The notes under the pieces are model-generated. The model made no database searches. It had not been told where the DNA came from and saw only the letters and a list, made by a program, of their open reading frames with translations. Positions 1-11,842 of a stretch of DNA of 64,000 nucleotides are shown here, one piece after another (positions within the stretch are counted from its first letter, which is position 1; every line of letters starts with the position of its first letter). The position numbers were made by a program, and so were the translations under genes. Location: positions 16,864,001 to 16,928,000 of the forward strand of contig NC_042999.1 of the NCBI RefSeq assembly GCF_006345805.1, in the 5' to 3' direction. This DNA is from Octopus sinensis. Lineage: Eukaryota.

Positions 1-53
1 ATCATGGTGGAGGCACCGTCCAGACGTGGTTTTTGTTGGTCGTATGACACCTT

Positions 54-812
54 CTGGCAGAATCGTTAGCACGCCGGGCGAAATGTTTAGCGGTAGTTCG
101 TCTGCTGCTACGTTCTGAGTCGACTTTGCGTTTCATCCTTTCGGTGTCGATAATTTAAGTACCAGTTACGCACTGGGGTCGATGTAATCGACTTAATCCG
201 TTTGTGTGTCCTTGTTTGTCTCCTCTGTGTTTGGCCCCTTGTGGGTAGTAAAGAAATTGGTATTTCGTCTGCCGTTACGTTCTGAGTTCAAATTCCGCCG
301 AGGTCGACTTTGCCTTTCATCCTTTCGGGGTCGATAAATTAAGTACCAATTACGCACTGGGGTCGATGTAATCGACTTAATCCGTTTGTCTGTCCTTGTT
401 TGCCTCCTCTGTGTTTAGCCCCTTGTGGGTAGTAAAGAAATTGGTATTTCGTCTGCCGTTACGTTCTGAGTTCAAATTCCGCCGAGTTCGACTTTGCCTT
501 TCATCCTTTCGGGGTCGATAAATTAAGTACCAGTTACGCACTGGGGTCGATATAATCGACTTAATCCGTTTGTCTGTCCTTGTTTGCCTCCTCTGTGTTT
601 AGCCCCTTGTGGGTAGTAAAGAAATTGGTATTTCGTCTGCCGTTACGTTCTGAGTTCAAATTCCGCCGAGTTCGACTTTGCCTTTCATCCTTTCGGGGTC
701 GATAAATTAAGTACCAGTTACGCACTGGGGTCGATATAATCGACTTAATCCGTTTGTCTGTCCTTGTTTGTCTCCTCTGTGTTTAGCCCTTTGTGGGTAG
801 TAAAGAAAGAAA
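54..812 (+). mobile_element. tRNA-derived SINE (family A, Nin/Deu-like central domain), head plus 4 tandem ~180-bp units
   Basis: Head TGGCAGAATCGTTAGCACGCCGGGCGAAATG, then a repeated unit GGTATTTCGTCTGCC...GAGTTCAAATTCC (B box)...GCCTTTCATCCTTTCGGGGTCGATAAATTAAGTACCAG...GTGGGTAGTAAAGAAAT with ~184-bp period. Confidence 0.85.
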
Positions 813-1248
813 TATATATAATTCAATACGGTACTTGTCCCTAGCAAATAAATGGATATTGATACAGACATCACATCTCTGACTGACGTTAAATGTAGCG
901 GCAGCCACAGACAGATGTACATGCATATTTTGGGGAACACATACGAAATAGAAACCGAAAAATCGGGCCCATGATTCCGGCTAGGCATTAAAAGGGCGCA
1001 TTTATTTTTTTTACATATATATATATACATATATATATAAATACACACACATACAAATATATCTATATCTATATACATATGTACATATATAGATATACAT
1101 ACGTATATGCCTACATATTTGCATCTATACATATATATTGGTATGTGCATGTGTCTCCACAAATTTATCTATGAGTGTGTGCGTGGGTGCTGGTGTGTAC
1201 GTAAATTATGAGTTCCATACAGTTTCCACGTACTTCTATAAATGATGA

Positions 1249-1284
1249 GACTTTCACCATAGCCTTAAGGCTATGGTGAAAGTC
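1249..1284. repeat. Perfect 36-bp palindrome
   Basis: GACTTTCACCATAGCC-TTAA-GGCTATGGTGAAAGTC is its own reverse complement. Confidence 0.9.
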
Positions 1285-1475
1285 AATCCCACAGTTTCCG
1301 AATTGCTACGCACCAACATTCAACCTGACACCACCTCGATGCGTAACAAACTTCTTAACGACACAACCATACCTGCTTGCGTCGACACTATTTATTCCAA
1401 ATATTTACTGAAGCAAAAGACATATCCAAGAAAATAAAAGTGATTAGTTAAACAGATATAATATATTACTGTTCA

Positions 1476-1892
1476 GGCGGCGAGCTGGCAGAAACGTTAG
1501 CACGCCGGGCGAAATGCGTAGTCGTATTTCGTCTGCCGTCACGTTCTTAGTTCAAATTCCGCCGAGGTCGACTTTGCTTCTCATCATTTCGAGGTCGATA
1601 AATTAAGTATCAGTTACGCACTGGGGTTGATGTAATCGACATAATCCGTTTGTCTGTCCTTGTTTGTCCCCTCTGTGTTTAGCCCCTTGTGGGCAGTAAA
1701 GAAATAGGTATTTCGTCACTCTTTATGCTCTGAGTTCAAATTCCGCCGAGGTCTACTTTGCCTTTCATCCTTTCGGCGTAGATAAATTAAGTATCAGTTA
1801 CGCACTGGGGTCGATGTAATCGACTTAATCCGTTTGTCCATCCTTGTTTGTCCCCTCTCTGATTAGCCCCTTGTGGACAATAAAGAAATAAG
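1476..1892 (+). mobile_element. SINE family A, head plus 2 units
   Basis: GGCGGCGAGCTGGCAGAAACGTTAGCACGCC head; internal junction AAAGAAATA|GGTATTTCGTC near 1707. Confidence 0.85.
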
Positions 1893-2759
1893 ATACAATA
1901 TGTTAATGGTATAAATTTCATATGTTTCTCGTTGAGTACGAATCTTAATGACACACTATATGAAATTTCATATTTTATTAGTTCTACCTTGTATACACCC
2001 ATAACATAGAGAGCCTTAAATCATTCAAGTCTTCTTTATATATTTCTTATCCTTTCTATTACCGATACCAAAATATTTTCCATTATGTAATACGACGTAG
2101 TCAAATATACTGCAACGTTTACAACTCTGGTAAAATGATTCCACAAAAACTTCCTCCAATCAATTTTCCATCATTCATTGTAAAGCATTGTAAAGCTATG
2201 TAAACTCAAGAGGCGATATATTTCATTATGACTAAGTGCGTTCCTTTTATACCTAAATAACAACAGCACTTCAGCATTAATTTTGTTTTACAATTCTCCA
2301 ACTCCCGATATCGATAGATTTTATATTTTATATTTTATATTTTAAACAAAATTTCATAAAACTAAAATAAACACTAGTTTTGTCCAAAGTCTACATCGAC
2401 ATCGACATCGAAAAATGAGAGAAACCGATTTATAGAAAATTGGAATATATTGGTATTATTTTATTTTATTTTATTTTATTTTATTTTCTATTATTTGTTT
2501 TCCATCACACAACCATGCTCTACAATCACTATGGAGAAATCTCTTGACTAGGAGTCTGACCATAAAAGCTGAATAAAACGATTGTAAAGATTTTCATCTT
2601 TATATTCTTCGATAATTATAATACTGGAAATAATTCATAATATATATATATTCCAATAATATATGTACATATATATATATATGTGTATATGTATGTATAT
2701 GTGTGTGAGCATATCTATATTTAAATCAATATCCATATATCTAGATTTGCATTTATGCC

Positions 2760-2765
2760 TATCTA

Positions 2766-2801
<36 letters not shown>

Positions 2802-2813
2802 TCTATCCATCTA

Positions 2814-2905
<92 letters not shown>

Positions 2906-2944
2906 GCTAGCTAGCTATCTATCTTTCTATCTATCTATCTATCC

Positions 2945-3032
<88 letters not shown>
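2760..3032. repeat. (TCTA)n/(TCTG)n microsatellite
   Basis: Direct reading. Confidence 0.95.
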
Positions 3033-3505
3033 GTTTTTAAACGCATACATGCGCATAGAGACAAGCAACACACTTGCATAAGATAGATGTATAGATGCCT
3101 ACAAACACACTACATTTGTGTGTATAGAGAGAGATAGATGGAGAGAGAGAGAGGGGAAGAGAAAGAGAGAGCAGGTGAAGAAAAGAAGGAGAGAGAAAGT
3201 GAGAGAGAGAGAGAGAGGCGAGGGAAAGAAAGAGGGAGGGAGAAAGTGAGAGAGAGAGAGAGAGATAGGTGCTTGGACAGATAGATACATAACATCTTGC
3301 GAACCATGTAATCCTGGGCGTTAGGCCACAATATTCTTGACTAATACCAAACTACAATATTTGAAGCTACATTATTCGTCAACTAAATAATCTTGTAGAA
3401 AATTGGACTAACTCAAAACACTTTTGCAACACAAATTCATGTGTAAATGCATATGAAGCGGTGGGAACAATTCCTGTCTCTCGTTCTCTATAAAACCGAA
3501 CTCAC

Positions 3506-3742
3506 GATTTTCTTTGCAGTCAGCTTCCACAGATGAGAGTTCACACCAACATTTGCGCGATACTATGGCACGAGGACGCTTTTTGGCGTCACGCTCTGGG
3601 GTAAAATGTTGTGGTATCGGCCACTTGTGCGCCATGGTAACCGAGTAGCCGACCCTATGCGTCCTAAGAATCGACATAGTAATGTCTAATGAGTAATGAT
3701 GAGAAGGATGTGGAGACGGTTAGGGAGGAGAATTTCTCTTTG
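3506..3742 (-). CDS. Candidate first coding exon of an unidentified minus-strand gene (ATG at 3677; MSILRTHRVGYSVTMAHKWPIPQHFTPERDAKKRPRAIVSRKCWCELSSVEADCKEN...)
   Basis: Unique, CpG-richer island. Minus-strand acceptor TTTTTATTTCAG|C at 3742 and donor AATC|GTGAGT at 3506. All three frames are closed upstream of the ATG frame. No recognisable domain. Confidence 0.4.
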
Positions 3743-4050
3743 CTGAAATAAAAATACTTCGAGAGAATTCAACTTGGCTTTAAAAATCAAACAGATAAGT
3801 TACGAATATATGAACTAATCCCAATATATTCCATCCGATGTAATTTCAGATATACTTGTTAAATAATTGCTATCGTTATCTGTAAAGGTACAGCTGAAGC
3901 CGTTCCTGTTTGAACAAGTTAAACGTACGGCATATATGTGAATATATACTTTTTGGGTGTGTTTTAATCCAAAAATAGTAGAATTTAGTGATGTTAGGGA
4001 CATGTATAATGAAATATATTGAGATACATATAATGCGTGTCTATCACTCT

Positions 4051-4130
<80 letters not shown>

Positions 4131-4134
<4 letters not shown>

Positions 4135-4317
4135 CTTATATAGGATAAATTTTTTTTCAGAAAAAATTTCATCAAAAGTGGCAGTATATTAAAATACCTT
4201 TAAAGGTTAAAATTATAAACAACTTATAAACAAGGGCAAAAGAAAAGTTATTTCTATGCCTATATATTTCTCAGCATATTGGCATAGAACTAATTTTTTT
4301 TGCCCTTGTTTATAAGT

Positions 4318-4320
<3 letters not shown>
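4131..4320. mobile_element. Fold-back element between (TA)n tracts
   Basis: Imperfect inverted arms 4221-4260 / 4281-4318 plus an unpaired extension 4131-4220. Confidence 0.65.
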
Positions 4321-4371
<51 letters not shown>

Positions 4372-4375
<4 letters not shown>

Positions 4376-4620
4376 TAATAAATATTAGGGAATAAATCCA
4401 AATTTACAGGGAAAAATCAGATTTAGGATTGAATTCAATTTTATAGTAAAATATTATATTATGTTAACTTAGAGACAAAACCACTATTATGCAAATCAAA
4501 CAAAGAAAGACTTAAGCCAATACATAAAATAATTTATATAAATTATTTTATGTATTGGCTTAAGTCTTTCTTTGTTTGATTTGCATAATAGTGGTTTTGT
4601 CTCTAATTTAATATAATATA
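4372..4620. mobile_element. Fold-back element with a perfect 138-bp palindrome, between (TA)n tracts
   Basis: 4469-4606 reads as a perfect spacer-less palindrome centred at 4537/4538; unpaired extension 4372-4455. Confidence 0.8.
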
Positions 4621-4773
4621 ATATATATATATATATATATACAATTCATATCAAATATATGTCAATATTTGTTTGTATATTATAATACAAATTTTATATC
4701 AAACTGAAAAATTGCTGAATTCTTTTGGTAGAGTAAAAATTTATTATTCTTTACCAAGACTAATATCTTTTGG

Positions 4774-4818
4774 ACTGACTAATGACGGTTTACCTGGTCG
4801 AAACCCCGAGGTGACAGT
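4774..4818 (+). ncRNA. Degenerate type I hammerhead ribozyme motif
   Basis: ACTG(A)-CTAATGA-...GGTC-GAAA-CC-CCGA-GG-TG-ACAGT; core has one mismatch and the cleavage triplet is degenerate. Confidence 0.4.
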
Positions 4819-5418
4819 AAATACTATTCTTTTTAAAGGATAATAAATTTGTCCTCTGTAAAGATACATATGTATTTCCACACACTTTGTGACAGAAAAA
4901 TGATATACAAAATAAATATGCCCACATAGAAATACACTATGTTATCGAGCTCAATATTTTCAACATTGGCTCACTGTGACCTTCTTCTATGCTGTTAATC
5001 TATTAGCGAAGAATCACTTAGTGAAGAAGCATGATAATGTTAGACCAAATGCATTTTCCTTCTGTAGCTATCTCCATAATGATACCGAACTTAAATTGTG
5101 AGTTGTTTTTTCCCCCCTATCTATAAATATTTCCCACTTATAGCAAAAAAGTTTTTCTAGAAATATTTTGAAAGGTATTGTAAACAAATTTCTGTATTGC
5201 TTCTCCCCTTTCAAATGAAAACCTTATGTATTCCCCAAACATTTATAATTAACGATTCTAAAGATGTTCAGAATGGTGTAAGTAAAAACTGCATTTCGGA
5301 AAGTCTCTGTGATGCATTTATAAAAGTAAGCAGTACGCAGGAAAAAATGTATATTTATTGAAACAGCTATAAGCGCTTAAGTAATGTACACTTGATTCAC
5401 GATAATAGCTAGATACAT

Positions 5419-5802
5419 GGAAGCACTCCGTCGGTTACGACGACGAGGGTTCCGGTTGATCCGAATCAACGGAACAGCCTGCTCGTGAAATTAACGTGTA
5501 AGTGGCTGAGCACTCCACAGACACGTGTACCCTTAACGTAGTTCTCGGGGATATTCAGCGTGACACAGAGAGTGACAAGGCAGGCCCTTTGAAATACAGG
5601 TACAACAGAAACAGGAAGTAAGAGTGATAGAAAGTTGTGGTGAAAGAGTACAGCAGGGATCACCACCATCCCCTGCCGGAGCCTCGTGGAGCTTTAGGTG
5701 TTTTCGCTCAATAAACACTCACAACGCCCGGTCTGGGAATCGAAACCGCGATCTTATGACCGCGAGCCCGCTGCCCTAACCACTGGGCAATTGCGCCTCC
5801 AC
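5419..5802 (-). mobile_element. tRNA(Arg)-like SINE (family B) with 15-bp TSD
   Basis: Minus-strand head GGAGGCGCAATTGCCCAGTGGTTAGGGCAGC...GGTTTCGATTCCC; TSD AATAGCTAGATACAT at 5404-5418 and 5803-5817. Confidence 0.9.
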
Positions 5803-5916
5803 AATAGCTAGATACATATATGTGTAAACTCTATAAGTTATTTGCACTGTCATAATTCCCTAAAAATAATGATTTTCTAAATTGTTACACTTGTAAATCA
5901 TATGTGAAATCAATTA

Positions 5917-6153
5917 CATATTTCGTTACAACCCACAAGGGGCTTAACACAGAGGGGACAAACAAGGACAGACAATAGGTATTAAGTCAATTAAGTCGAC
6001 CCCAGTGCGTAAATGGTACTTATTTAATCGACCCAGAAAGGATGAGAGGCAAAGTCGACCTCGGCGGAATTTGAACTCAGAACGTAACGGCAGACGAAAT
6101 ACGGCTACGCATTTCGCCCGGCGTGCTAACGTTTCTGCCAGCTCGCCGCCTTT
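5917..6153 (-). mobile_element. SINE family A monomer with 14-bp TSD
   Basis: Reverse complement of head plus unit; TSD TGTGAAATCAATTA at 5903-5916 and 6154-6167. Confidence 0.9.
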
Positions 6154-6204
6154 TGTGAAATCAATTATAGTAACTGACGTCATGTGCGGTCCTTTATTAA
6201 AAGC

Positions 6205-6700
6205 CGAGTTGGCAGACTCATGAACTTATCGTACAAAATACCAAATAGCGTTTGTTTCGGATCTTTACGTTCCGAGCTCTAATTCCTCCGAGGTCGACGT
6301 TAATTTTTACCCTCCTGGATCGATAAAATAATTAACAGTTAAATGCTGAGCTTTGAAGCGCTTCGACCGTCTTTATGTTCTGACTTCAAATTACGTTGAG
6401 GTTGACTCCGGGAGGGGGAAGGGTTCATGTAATCAACTACCCCATCTCTCAAAAATTACTGGCGTTCTGTCAAAATGTAGAACTATAAGCTCTAATGAAA
6501 AGGAGTCGAACGAGCAGAATAAAATATATAAAAATACCGCTTAGCATCATTTATTTCAGTTTCTTTTACATTCCGAGTTCAAATGACTGTGAGATCATCT
6601 TTGCCTTTCATCCTTTCGGGGTCGTCAAAATAAGTACCAGTTGACCACGATATTTCCGCCTACCTTTAAAATTTCTGGTCTTGTGCCAACATTAGGGAAA
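6205..6700 (+). mobile_element. Old degenerate SINE family A copies
   Basis: Fragments GAGTTGGCAGA, CCGAGGTCGAC, TTTGCCTTTCATCCTTTCGGGGTCG...AAGTACCAGTTG. Confidence 0.6.
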
Positions 6701-6796
6701 ATGTATTTCTAATTTAGTTACACTGCCAGGAATTTGAGGAAAGTATTTAGTCGATGGAAGAGAAGTTAAACTGCAGCGATGTTCAGGTTCATTATC

Positions 6797-7155
6797 CTTT
6801 TCTACTCTAGGCACAAGGCCCGAAATTTTTAGAGGGGGAACCAGTCGATTAGATCGACCTAGGTACGCAACTGTTACTTAATCTATCGATTCCGAAAGGA
6901 TGAAAGGCAAAGTCGACCTTGGCGGAATTTGAACTCAGAACGTAGAGGCAGCCGAAATACCTATTTCATTACTATCCACGAGGGGCCAAACACAGAGAGG
7001 ACAAACAAGGACAGACAAACAGATTAAGTCGATTATATCGACCCCAGTGCGTAACTGGTACTTAATTTATCGACCCCGAAAGGATGAAAGGCAAAATCGA
7101 CCTTGGCGGAATTTGAACTCAGAACGTAACGGCAGACGAAATACCGCTAAGCATT
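6797..7155 (-). mobile_element. SINE family A, 2 units with alternative 3' tail
   Basis: Two reverse units joined at GAAATACC|TATTTC; tail GGGCCTTGTGCCTAGAGTAGAAAAG. Confidence 0.8.
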
Positions 7156-8917
7156 AGGCTCATTATGAAAAGAGACTGATGAAGTACAGCAAAATATTTC
7201 CTCGACCTCTAACGGTTCTCTCAATCCAACAACTTTAAATGTTTCTGAGATTAATACTAGGTTAGAAAGATGTTTAAAAGGTACCTGATTAGAACGTTAC
7301 TAGATGGAGAACAATGTTGTACCCTACGGAACCTGAAGTGGAGTATCTTATTTTATTTACCCCAAAAAGTTAAACAGCAGCGTTGACATTGACAAAAAAT
7401 GAAATCCTCAGATTTAACAATTATTTAAATATGGAGAGCACACATTTGGCAAAATAGGAAAGACAGTTAAAATGACGGCACTACTTGAGTGGCGATTATT
7501 TGATAAAAGCTGGAGGAATGAAGGTCAAACCTTGAGTCGGCCTAATTTAAGTCAGAACATATATAAAATCTACGATATAGTTTTGTCCATCTCTTGGTTC
7601 GGCCAATAAACTACATAGAATAAGGAAAATGTTACTACTACTACTACTACTAACAACTACAATAATAATAATAATTGATTCAAATTTTCGGATAAGGTTA
7701 GCAATTTTCGATGGAGGATAGAAGTTGATTATATCAACCGCAGTGTTCAACTGGTAGTTATTTTTTTTTATTGCTCTCGAAATGAGGAAAGACAAAATTG
7801 TCCTTGGCGGAATGTCAACTCGGAACTTGGCTAGCACTTTCATTTTATCAGCTCCTGAAAAAATGAAACGCGTAAGGCCACACATTTACATCAACTCCAC
7901 TCTTTGGTTGACACTTTACTTTAGACAAATCGTACGAATCAGTCCAGTTCTCATTTTGACGACATGATGTTGAACTCAGAACAAAACTGAAAAAAAAATA
8001 ATCTATAATTCATTTTTGTACATCGCTCGCTTCTGCAAACCAACACAGCATATAGAAAATGTTGCTGCTGCGGCCATTATCACTACTACTATTAATGATA
8101 ACAACAACAACAACAATAATAATAATAATAATATCTCTACTTATTATTATGAAGACATTAATCGAAATAAGGGTACATATGCGGTTGCTATGACAGGGGA
8201 AAAAAACAAAGTAAAACAGAAAATGTTGATAAAGCGAATGGAACGTAGCGTAGAATATGCAGTATAGGAGGAGGAGAAGAAGAAGAAAAAGAAAGCTGAG
8301 TGGTGTATGATAAACCACTATTACTTGTGATCTGAGGAATAAAAAAAAATATTCCACAAACAGATTTGTTGTTTATGCATAGAACTTTCTCTTGTTTTTG
8401 ATGTGTTTTTTTTAAACAAATATGTTTGTGGACTAAGCCATTAGTTACGATTAGCGTTAAATCGTATTTGAAATGTACCGAAGGATTTGTGTTAGCATCA
8501 TGTATTTTCATTAAGATGCCAACATTTGTGATCCAGTTGAGAGGAAAATCAATACAGCCAGCATCGTTTTCAGCCGAGATTTAAATATATCGCTTGTGTG
8601 ACTTTTCGTTTCATCCCTCCTATCGCCAGCGTTGTTTCAAATGACTTTATCGTTTGGTGTCATAACAGACACACACCACACAGGCAGAGAGCAGAGACAT
8701 ACACCATTCAGAATATACGCCACCTCATGTATAAATCAGTGAATAAATGTATTTATACGCATGAGGTATATATTATATACATACAAACATGTTTAGCATG
8801 TATATATATATATATATATATATGTACAGTCGTATACACACAACGTTCATATGTGTATATACATGAGGCACGTATATATGCCAAATTTTTATATATATAT
8901 ATGCCAAATTGTGTGTG

Positions 8918-8966
<49 letters not shown>

Positions 8967-8982
8967 AGGTGTGTGTGTTTAT

Positions 8983-9028
<46 letters not shown>

Positions 9029-9060
9029 ATATACATATATGTATATATTTGTGTGTGCAT

Positions 9061-9520
9061 CTATTATCTTCCATCTGTTGGTTGCCAGAGCATTAGCTTG
9101 TTAGCAATTCCATCAGTATGTCTGATGCAGTGTCCAGCTAGCCTCTTCCTATGCTGTATCTTCAATGTTACTTTTGATAGTCGCTGGTATAAGTGTCGGC
9201 ATTTGTAGCATGACTCTTCCAGGAGACGTTGAATGCCATTCTAAGCATCCTCGTATAACAACCGTCCAACAGCTTCTTCAATGCTTTAGTGAGAGTCCAT
9301 ATTTCAGCCCCGTATAGAAGAACAGACTCCACTGTTGCCAGAAACAACCTTACTTTCAATTTCATTGCTAACTTTGAACTCCATTCCTTTCTTAGATTAT
9401 GGCATGCACTCCAGGCAAGAGCTTTCTTTGCTACCATGTCTTTTTCAGTACATTGTGTACAGGCACCAAGGTTTTTTCAAATTTTCAACTACCTGACACA
9501 GGCATTTCTGGGTTAATATT
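9061..9520 (-). mobile_element. RTE-like LINE reverse transcriptase C-terminal fragment
   Basis: ORF 9168-9437 KVRLFLATVESVLLYGAEIWTLTK...LDGCYTRMLR fits the RTE-type thumb region (S.LLYG.E.W); frameshifted. Confidence 0.8.
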
Positions 9521-10087
9521 TGCAGCTCTGGTTTCTTTACTTTACAGTACAATCCTACCTTCCCCGATTCATCCACAGTATCAAACACATCCCATTTTAT
9601 TAAAGTCTGTAGTGTACGATTGAGTGAAGTCTGACTATTCTTTGCAAAAAGAGAGCCTCTCGTAAGCTCATAGACGTATTTGATGTCTCACCACAAAAGT
9701 AAAGACAAAACTCAAAAGACAAACGAAACTAAACAAGAAACACACTAATAAGAATAATTCCAATTCCCAGTTTTCGTACATTAATCTCTGACACTGTTTA
9801 GTTAATATAGTTATCGGATTTATTGGCATATGGATAAAAATCAACATTTTACAGTTTAAAAGACGCCATTATACACCGAAAGGTACTGCGGTCCTAAACA
9901 CTTTCGACAATAAGACTGATATGATGTATATTAAACAAAGAAACATACATAACAATTATCAATTGCTAATATTTGAAGCCATAATTTGGGGTTAAATCCT
10001 AAATTGTTCTGCTTGTAAACAGACGTCATATATAACTCTCAAGCGAGAGCTATAAAACAGGTCTCCAGAGAAGGACTCACCTACTCA

Positions 10088-10139
<52 letters not shown>

Positions 10140-10144
<5 letters not shown>

Positions 10145-10489
10145 AAATGCGTTTCTGTCTATCTAGGATCTCGGGCATCCTCCATCTGATTGCACTCAAA
10201 TTTGTTATGTAGATAGCGACGGTATCAGGGTGTGTATAAGTCTTGAAACAATTACAATAATCGATTCCTGGTGAGAATGCGATCGATAAAGTGATTAAAA
10301 TCGTTTTTCTTTGGAATAGAAAGGAGTCTATCTTTATTTCTTCTTTTCCAGGTGTCTCAAATTTAGGTTAAATCAGTGTTTCTCAAAGGGGAGGCCTATG
10401 GCACGGTCGGACACGTTGTTTTAAGAAAATTTGGTTTAAATGTTTGACAAAACAGCACCGTCCATTGGACGGGGCTGAGTTTTGTTCGT
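10140..10489 (+). mobile_element. Probable non-autonomous Helitron
   Basis: Begins TATAAAATGCG after (TA)n; 3' hairpin CCGTCC-ATT-GGACGG about 15 nt before a degenerate CTAG-like end; same layout as the 29393 and 62989 copies. Confidence 0.5.
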
Positions 10490-10490
10490 G

Positions 10491-10618
<128 letters not shown>

Positions 10619-10857
10619 AAAACATTCAAACACTTAGATTGGAAATAAGATGTCACTATTGTTAATATCATCTGTGGAAAAAAAATCTAAAATCGATGGT
10701 CTCAACAGTACTGTTATTTCTCTGATACCTTGGTGCTTTAAGGTGGTTCGATTTAAATTTTAGCTCTTATTTCTAGCAGGTTGATACTTTTTCTGCATCC
10801 TTACGCATCGTGCTAATTTATATATAGATATGTATGTATGTATATATATATATATAT

Positions 10858-11164
10858 AATTAATTAAGGGTAGAAATTGATATTAGTCAATTAAAACCAG
10901 TGGTCTAGCATATTAAAAAGAATCCGAAGATTAAAATATTTATATATACCAATTAAGGACTGAACACGAAAAGTGGACAGTCAACATGCTAGATATAGAC
11001 GTCAAATTGCCATTCTCCACAAAGATTATGTTCTCCAATAAATCTCAGATTTTGTGCTGAGTTTTATTTGAGAACACAATCTTTGTGGAGAATGGCGATT
11101 TGACGTCTATATCTAGCATGTTGACTGTCCACTTTTCGTGTTCAGTCCTTAATTGGTATATATA
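10858..11164. mobile_element. Fold-back element (family F1) in (TA)n
   Basis: Arms ~10941-11048 / 11057-11164 with an 8-nt loop; one-sided extension 10858-10940; second copy at 20820-21068. Confidence 0.85.
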
Positions 11165-11170
11165 TATATA

Positions 11171-11234
<64 letters not shown>

Positions 11235-11240
11235 TGTATA

Positions 11241-11326
<86 letters not shown>

Positions 11327-11432
11327 CATATATATTTATAAAAAAGTGTAGGTGATATACGAGTGGGTATATATTTATAAAAAATAAGTTTGAAAACGCC
11401 ACTATATAAGATGAATTTTAATTTTCTTAGAG

Positions 11433-11482
11433 ATTTTACATGTTTCGGTTCTTCTTGACAAGACGAACCTTATCAACAATAT
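11433..11482 (-). ncRNA. Degenerate hammerhead ribozyme motif
   Basis: Minus: ATATTG-TTGATAA-GGTTC-GTCTTGTCAAGAA-GAACC-GAAA-CATG-TA-AAAT; stem II intact, palindromic stem III (ACATGT), core has 2 mismatches. Confidence 0.55.
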
Positions 11483-11639
11483 GTAATAAAAAGTGTAATA
11501 AAAAAGTTCATAATTGTTTCTTACTCGTCGCAACAGAGTTCACGTGGTGGTGTTTTGTGGGGGGGGGGGCATAATGGCTGTCTTGTGCATTGACTAGAAT
11601 CGTTGGCTGTAATCATGAAAGTGACCGTTGGCCGTAATA

Positions 11640-11805
11640 GCAGTAGTAGCAGAGACTGTTGGTCGTAGTAGTAGTAGTATTAGTGAACGTGGTGGTGATG
11701 GTGGTTGGAGTTGTAGCAGTAGTTCATTGACTATAGTAGTAGTAGTAATAGTAGTAGCAGAAGTAGTAATAGTTGTATTAGTAGTAGTAGTAGTAGTAGT
11801 AGTAA

Positions 11806-11840
<35 letters not shown>

Positions 11841-11842
11841 TT
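11640..11842. repeat. (GTA)n-rich microsatellite
   Basis: Direct reading. Confidence 0.9.

Noticed and set aside
54-812. Tandem ~180-bp repeats as a CRISPR array or satellite
   Set aside because: Units are contiguous with no unique spacers, contain a Pol III B box and occur dispersed with TSDs, so they are SINE multimers. There are no cas genes and the DNA is eukaryotic.
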